Source: Octopus vulgaris (lineage: Eukaryota). From it: a stretch of DNA of 64,000 nt. The stretch is from positions 55,056,001 to 55,120,000 of the forward strand of contig OX597818.1 of the NCBI GenBank assembly GCA_951406725.2, written 5' to 3'. Numbering within the stretch: position 1 is the first letter of the stretch; each line of letters begins with the position of its first letter. The notes below the pieces were generated by a model. The model made no database searches. It was not told where the DNA came from and saw nothing but the letters and a program-made list of their open reading frames with translations. Positions 55,338 through 64,000 of this stretch are shown piece after piece. A program made the position numbers and the translations under genes.

Positions 55338-55400
<63 letters not shown>

Positions 55401-55402
<2 letters not shown>

Positions 55403-55790
55403 GGCAGTGAGCTGGCAGAATCGTTAGCACGCCAGGCAAAATGCGTAGCCGTATTTCGTCTGCCGCTACGTTCTGAGTTCAAATTCCGCCGAGGTCGACT
55501 TTGCCTTTCATCCTTTCGGGGTCAATAAATTAAGAACCAGTTACGCACTGGGGTCGATATAATCGACTTAATCCGTTTGTCTGTCCTTGTTTGTCCTCTC
55601 TGTACTTAGCCCCTTGTGGGTAGTAAAGAAATAGGTATTTTCTCCGCCTTTACGTTCTGAGTTCAAATTCCGCCGAGGTTGACTTTGCCTTTCATCATTT
55701 CGGGGTCTATAAGTTAAGTACCAATTGAGTATTGGGGATCGATGTAATCGACGTAAAAAAAGTTGCTGGCCTTGTGCCAAATTTTGAAAT
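55401..55790 (+). mobile_element. SINE B dimer
   Basis: Head, 184-bp module and terminal module. Confidence 0.88.
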
Positions 55791-56299
55791 TGTTATCATT
55801 TTGTTGGATGGAGCATGCATCAGATGATTACATCTTGTGATTGGCTGTCATCCCATTTTTAGAACAGTGAAATGGGATCTAAGTAAAATTTGGCTGCTAT
55901 TTCGAGGTACCACGCGCAGTCTGCCATCGTTGATTTACGACAGAAAAATGTTTTGAATGAGCGGTTGTCTTCTGTTGTGATGGCGAGGGATCAACAACGA
56001 AGCTGAAACAAAGACAGCGGGGTGGGTGGTGACACGTGACGTGAGTGGAGGCATTAAGTTTTGTGGTGAGGGGTGGGGGAGAGAGAGAGAGGGGGTGGAG
56101 GGACACAGTGAAATGAGGGTGGCGGGAAAGTTGTGGGAATGAAGACGAATTGGAGCGGCGCATTGGTGGGAGAGTATAGAGGGTGGAGGGGCGTTATGTG
56201 AAATATGAGAGGGACAGAGAGGGAGAGACAGAGAGAGACAGATAGACAGATAGACAGACAGACAGCCAGATGGACAAAGGTCACGGTAAACGTATACAC

Positions 56300-61273
<4,974 letters not shown>

Positions 61274-61491
61274 TAATAATCCCCCCCCCCCAATTATCAC
61301 CGATCCCAGAAATAACGTATGAAGAGCAAAATGGCGAAATTTGTACAACGACCATACAGCATGGCCGGTGTCATTCGAACAAAACGCATCAAGTAATTAC
61401 AGCCTTAATTATGTTTGGAGCAATTAATATAATTATTTATCACAATGCACTCTTGTAGCTGACCTTATCCAAATTAAAAATGAGAAATTTG

Positions 61492-62531
61492 GGATCTTTT
61501 CGGTTTGAACGGCAGTTTTTTCTAGCGGTGTCATATGAAATTGTTACCCGTAATTGTGACCCTAGTATCGATCTATTGCATTTCAATCTGTTTTAGATTT
61601 AGTGTTAGTTAGGGTTAGGGGTGGGGGAAGGCTATCTTTTTTCTTCACAAATATAAATAAACCCAATCTGTTTCTTAAAGGAAGGACATATTCATACGGC
61701 ACAGAATGCTTTCACCTCAATAGACGGTCATTGATTGGTTAAAATTGCCGAAATGCAAGAAATAAAAGACGAAATATGTTACAAACTACAGAATTTTCTC
61801 AAAAAAGCCAAGAGAAAACGTTGTTTTATAAACACATTCTACCAGTATAAGAAGTTTAAAATTTTTTAGTTACCTAGTAGATCTATTTATTGCATTTCAA
61901 TCTGTTTTAGGGTTAGGGTTAGGGGTGGGGGAAGGCTATCTTTTTTCTTCACAAATATAAATAAACCCAATCTGTTTCTTAAAGGAAGGACATATTCATA
62001 CGGCACAGAATGCTTTCACCTCAATAGACGGTCATTGATTGGTTAAAATTGCCGAAATGCAAGAAATAAAAGACGAAATATGTTACAAACTACAGAATTT
62101 TCTCAAAAAAGCCAAGGGAAAACGTTGTTTTATAAACACATTCTACCAGAATACGAAGATTAAAATTTTTTAGTTACCTAGAAGATCCATCTATTGCATT
62201 TCAATCAGTTTTAGGGTTAGGGTTGGTTTGGGGTGGGGGAAAGGTATCTTTTTTTCTTCAGAAATGTAAATAAACCCAATCTGTTTCTTAAACGAGGGAC
62301 ATATTCATACGGCACAGAATGCTTTCACCTCAATAGACGGTCATTGATTGGTTAAAATTGCCGGAATGCAAGAAATTAAAGACGAAATATGTTACAAACT
62401 ACAGAATTTTCTCAAAAAAAAGCCAAGAGAAAAAGATGCTTTATAAGCACATTCTACCAGTATACGAAGTTTAAAATTTTTTAGTTACCTAGAAATTATG
62501 TTAAAAACTGCCGTTCAAACCGAAAAGATCC
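61492..62531. mobile_element. Non-autonomous DNA transposon (Merlin-like): 29-bp perfect TIRs, 8-bp TSD, three internal ~305-315-bp tandem units
   Basis: GGATCTTTTCGGTTTGAACGGCAGTTTTT ... AAAAACTGCCGTTCAAACCGAAAAGATCC; TSD GAAATTTG at 61484-61491 and 62532-62539. Confidence 0.9.
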
Positions 62532-62749
62532 GAAATTTGAATTCTACGAGAAGACCTCTGATATTTTCTTACGACGCCATTTTACTCTGACGGTATAATT
62601 CTTTGATTCATTGTATTTATTATATCTAATGTTTTCCTCGTTGATAATGCTTCAGGCTGTACTTCACTGAAGGCAGCATGTTTGCAGGAACACAGATATG
62701 TCCCGGTGCGATACAAAAGATCTCGTTGTAATACAAATACATATGTGTC

Positions 62750-62945
62750 AAGGCGTTGAGCTGGCAGAATCGTTAGCAGGACGGGCGAAATGCTTAGCGG
62801 CATTTCGTTCGTCTTTACGTTCTGATTTCAAATTCCGTCAAAGTCGACTTTGCCTTTCATCTTTTCGGAGTTGATCAAATAAATACCAGTCAATCGATTT
62901 AGCCCCTCCTCTCCCAAACCTACTGGCTTTGCCAAAATTTGAAAT
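62750..62945 (+). mobile_element. SINE B monomer
   Basis: Head, core and tail. Confidence 0.85.
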
Positions 62946-62965
62946 CAATATGATTATATATATAG

Positions 62966-63160
62966 GGGAAGAATTCACGAAAAAAAAAAAAAAAAGACGA
63001 AAACAGGTGGTGTAGACAACAAACAGATATATTAGTATAACGCTCGGGAAGTGAAAAAGTCTTTAACGTTTCGAGCCTACGCTCTTCCACAGAAAGGAAC
63101 ACAGAAAGAAACAAGGAGAGAAACAAGGAGAGAAAATATATTTGTGTAGTGGCTAGCGAT
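62966..63160 (-). mobile_element. Short Penelope-type terminus element with hammerhead-like motif (variant core)
   Basis: CTTT-CTGTGGA-A-GAGC-GTAG-GCTC-GAAA-CGTT-AAAG on the minus strand. Confidence 0.6.
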
Positions 63161-63345
63161 CTATCACACACACATATGTGTTTATGTGTATGTATGTGCA
63201 TATATTCATGTATGTCTATGTGTGTGACACACGCTCGCGCGTGAATATGTATGTATGGTTCAAATTTATAGAAAAGCAAAAGACGAAGACAGGTGTAATA
63301 TACAAGAAGCAAGTGTATTAGTTTGACGCTCGGGAAAATGGAAAA

Positions 63346-63387
63346 GTCTTTTACGTTTCGAGCCTACGCTCTTCATCAGAAAATAAC
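63346..63387 (-). ncRNA. Minimal type I hammerhead-like motif within a Penelope-type terminus (63255-63435)
   Basis: UUUU-CUGAUGA-A-GAGC-guag-GCUC-GAAA-CG-UA-AAAG: intact core boxes, 4-bp stem II, palindromic ACGU in place of stem III, one extra A. Confidence 0.55.
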
Positions 63388-63449
63388 AAGAGGAAATAGA
63401 GAGAGAAGGGGGGAAACGTGTAGGGTTCAGCGGTCCGGATGGATGGATG

Positions 63450-63519
<70 letters not shown>

Positions 63520-63536
63520 AAGATAGATAGATAGAT

Positions 63537-63599
<63 letters not shown>

Positions 63600-63616
63600 A
63601 AGATAGATAGATAGAT

Positions 63617-63760
<144 letters not shown>

Positions 63761-64000
63761 GGATGGACAGACGGACGGTCAGACAGATAGACACACACGC
63801 ACATACACACACACACAGTGCCATACTCTCCTAGGAATCCAATAGAATTTAGTGTTACGATTTGTAGCGCTAAAGCCGGTTTACTTGTGTACCCCCGTGG
63901 AAAATGCATTCCTAGTGTGCTTTCATTAATCACTACATAAGCAACCCTCGTGACTGATTGACATTAAATCACTAACAAATAAGCTCCAGCCTCTAACCCC

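Overview
Eukaryotic, AT-rich, microsatellite- and retroposon-saturated DNA with no confidently identifiable host protein-coding gene. The SINE families and (TATA/CATA/GATA)n landscape look like an octopus (cephalopod) genome; this is inferred from recognition, not from a search. 1-12342 is a telomere-repeat contig: (TTAGGG)n with (TTAAAA)n patches, then (CTT)n and (CCTGG)n. These are the known nanopore miscalls of TTAGGG and CCCTAA, so the block probably represents a TTAGGG-to-CCCTAA fold-back. A 100-N scaffold gap follows. 12443-64000 is a nested mosaic of at least four tRNA-type SINE families (one with a 184-bp internal module amplified in tandem) and fragments of a Penelope GIY-YIG element, an RTE LINE and R4/Dong-type RLE LINEs. 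It also holds an internally deleted mariner, a Merlin-like TIR element (8-bp TSD, telomere-like internal repeats), a HINE/DINE-1-like element and short hammerhead-like Penelope termini. The most notable pattern is that several retroelement families each sit in their own microsatellite class: (TAA)n, (TACA)n or (TATC)n. One of them is a ~560-bp non-coding element whose 5' part is fused to a Dong-type LINE 3' end. Nearly all ORFs in the supplied track are translations of simple repeats.
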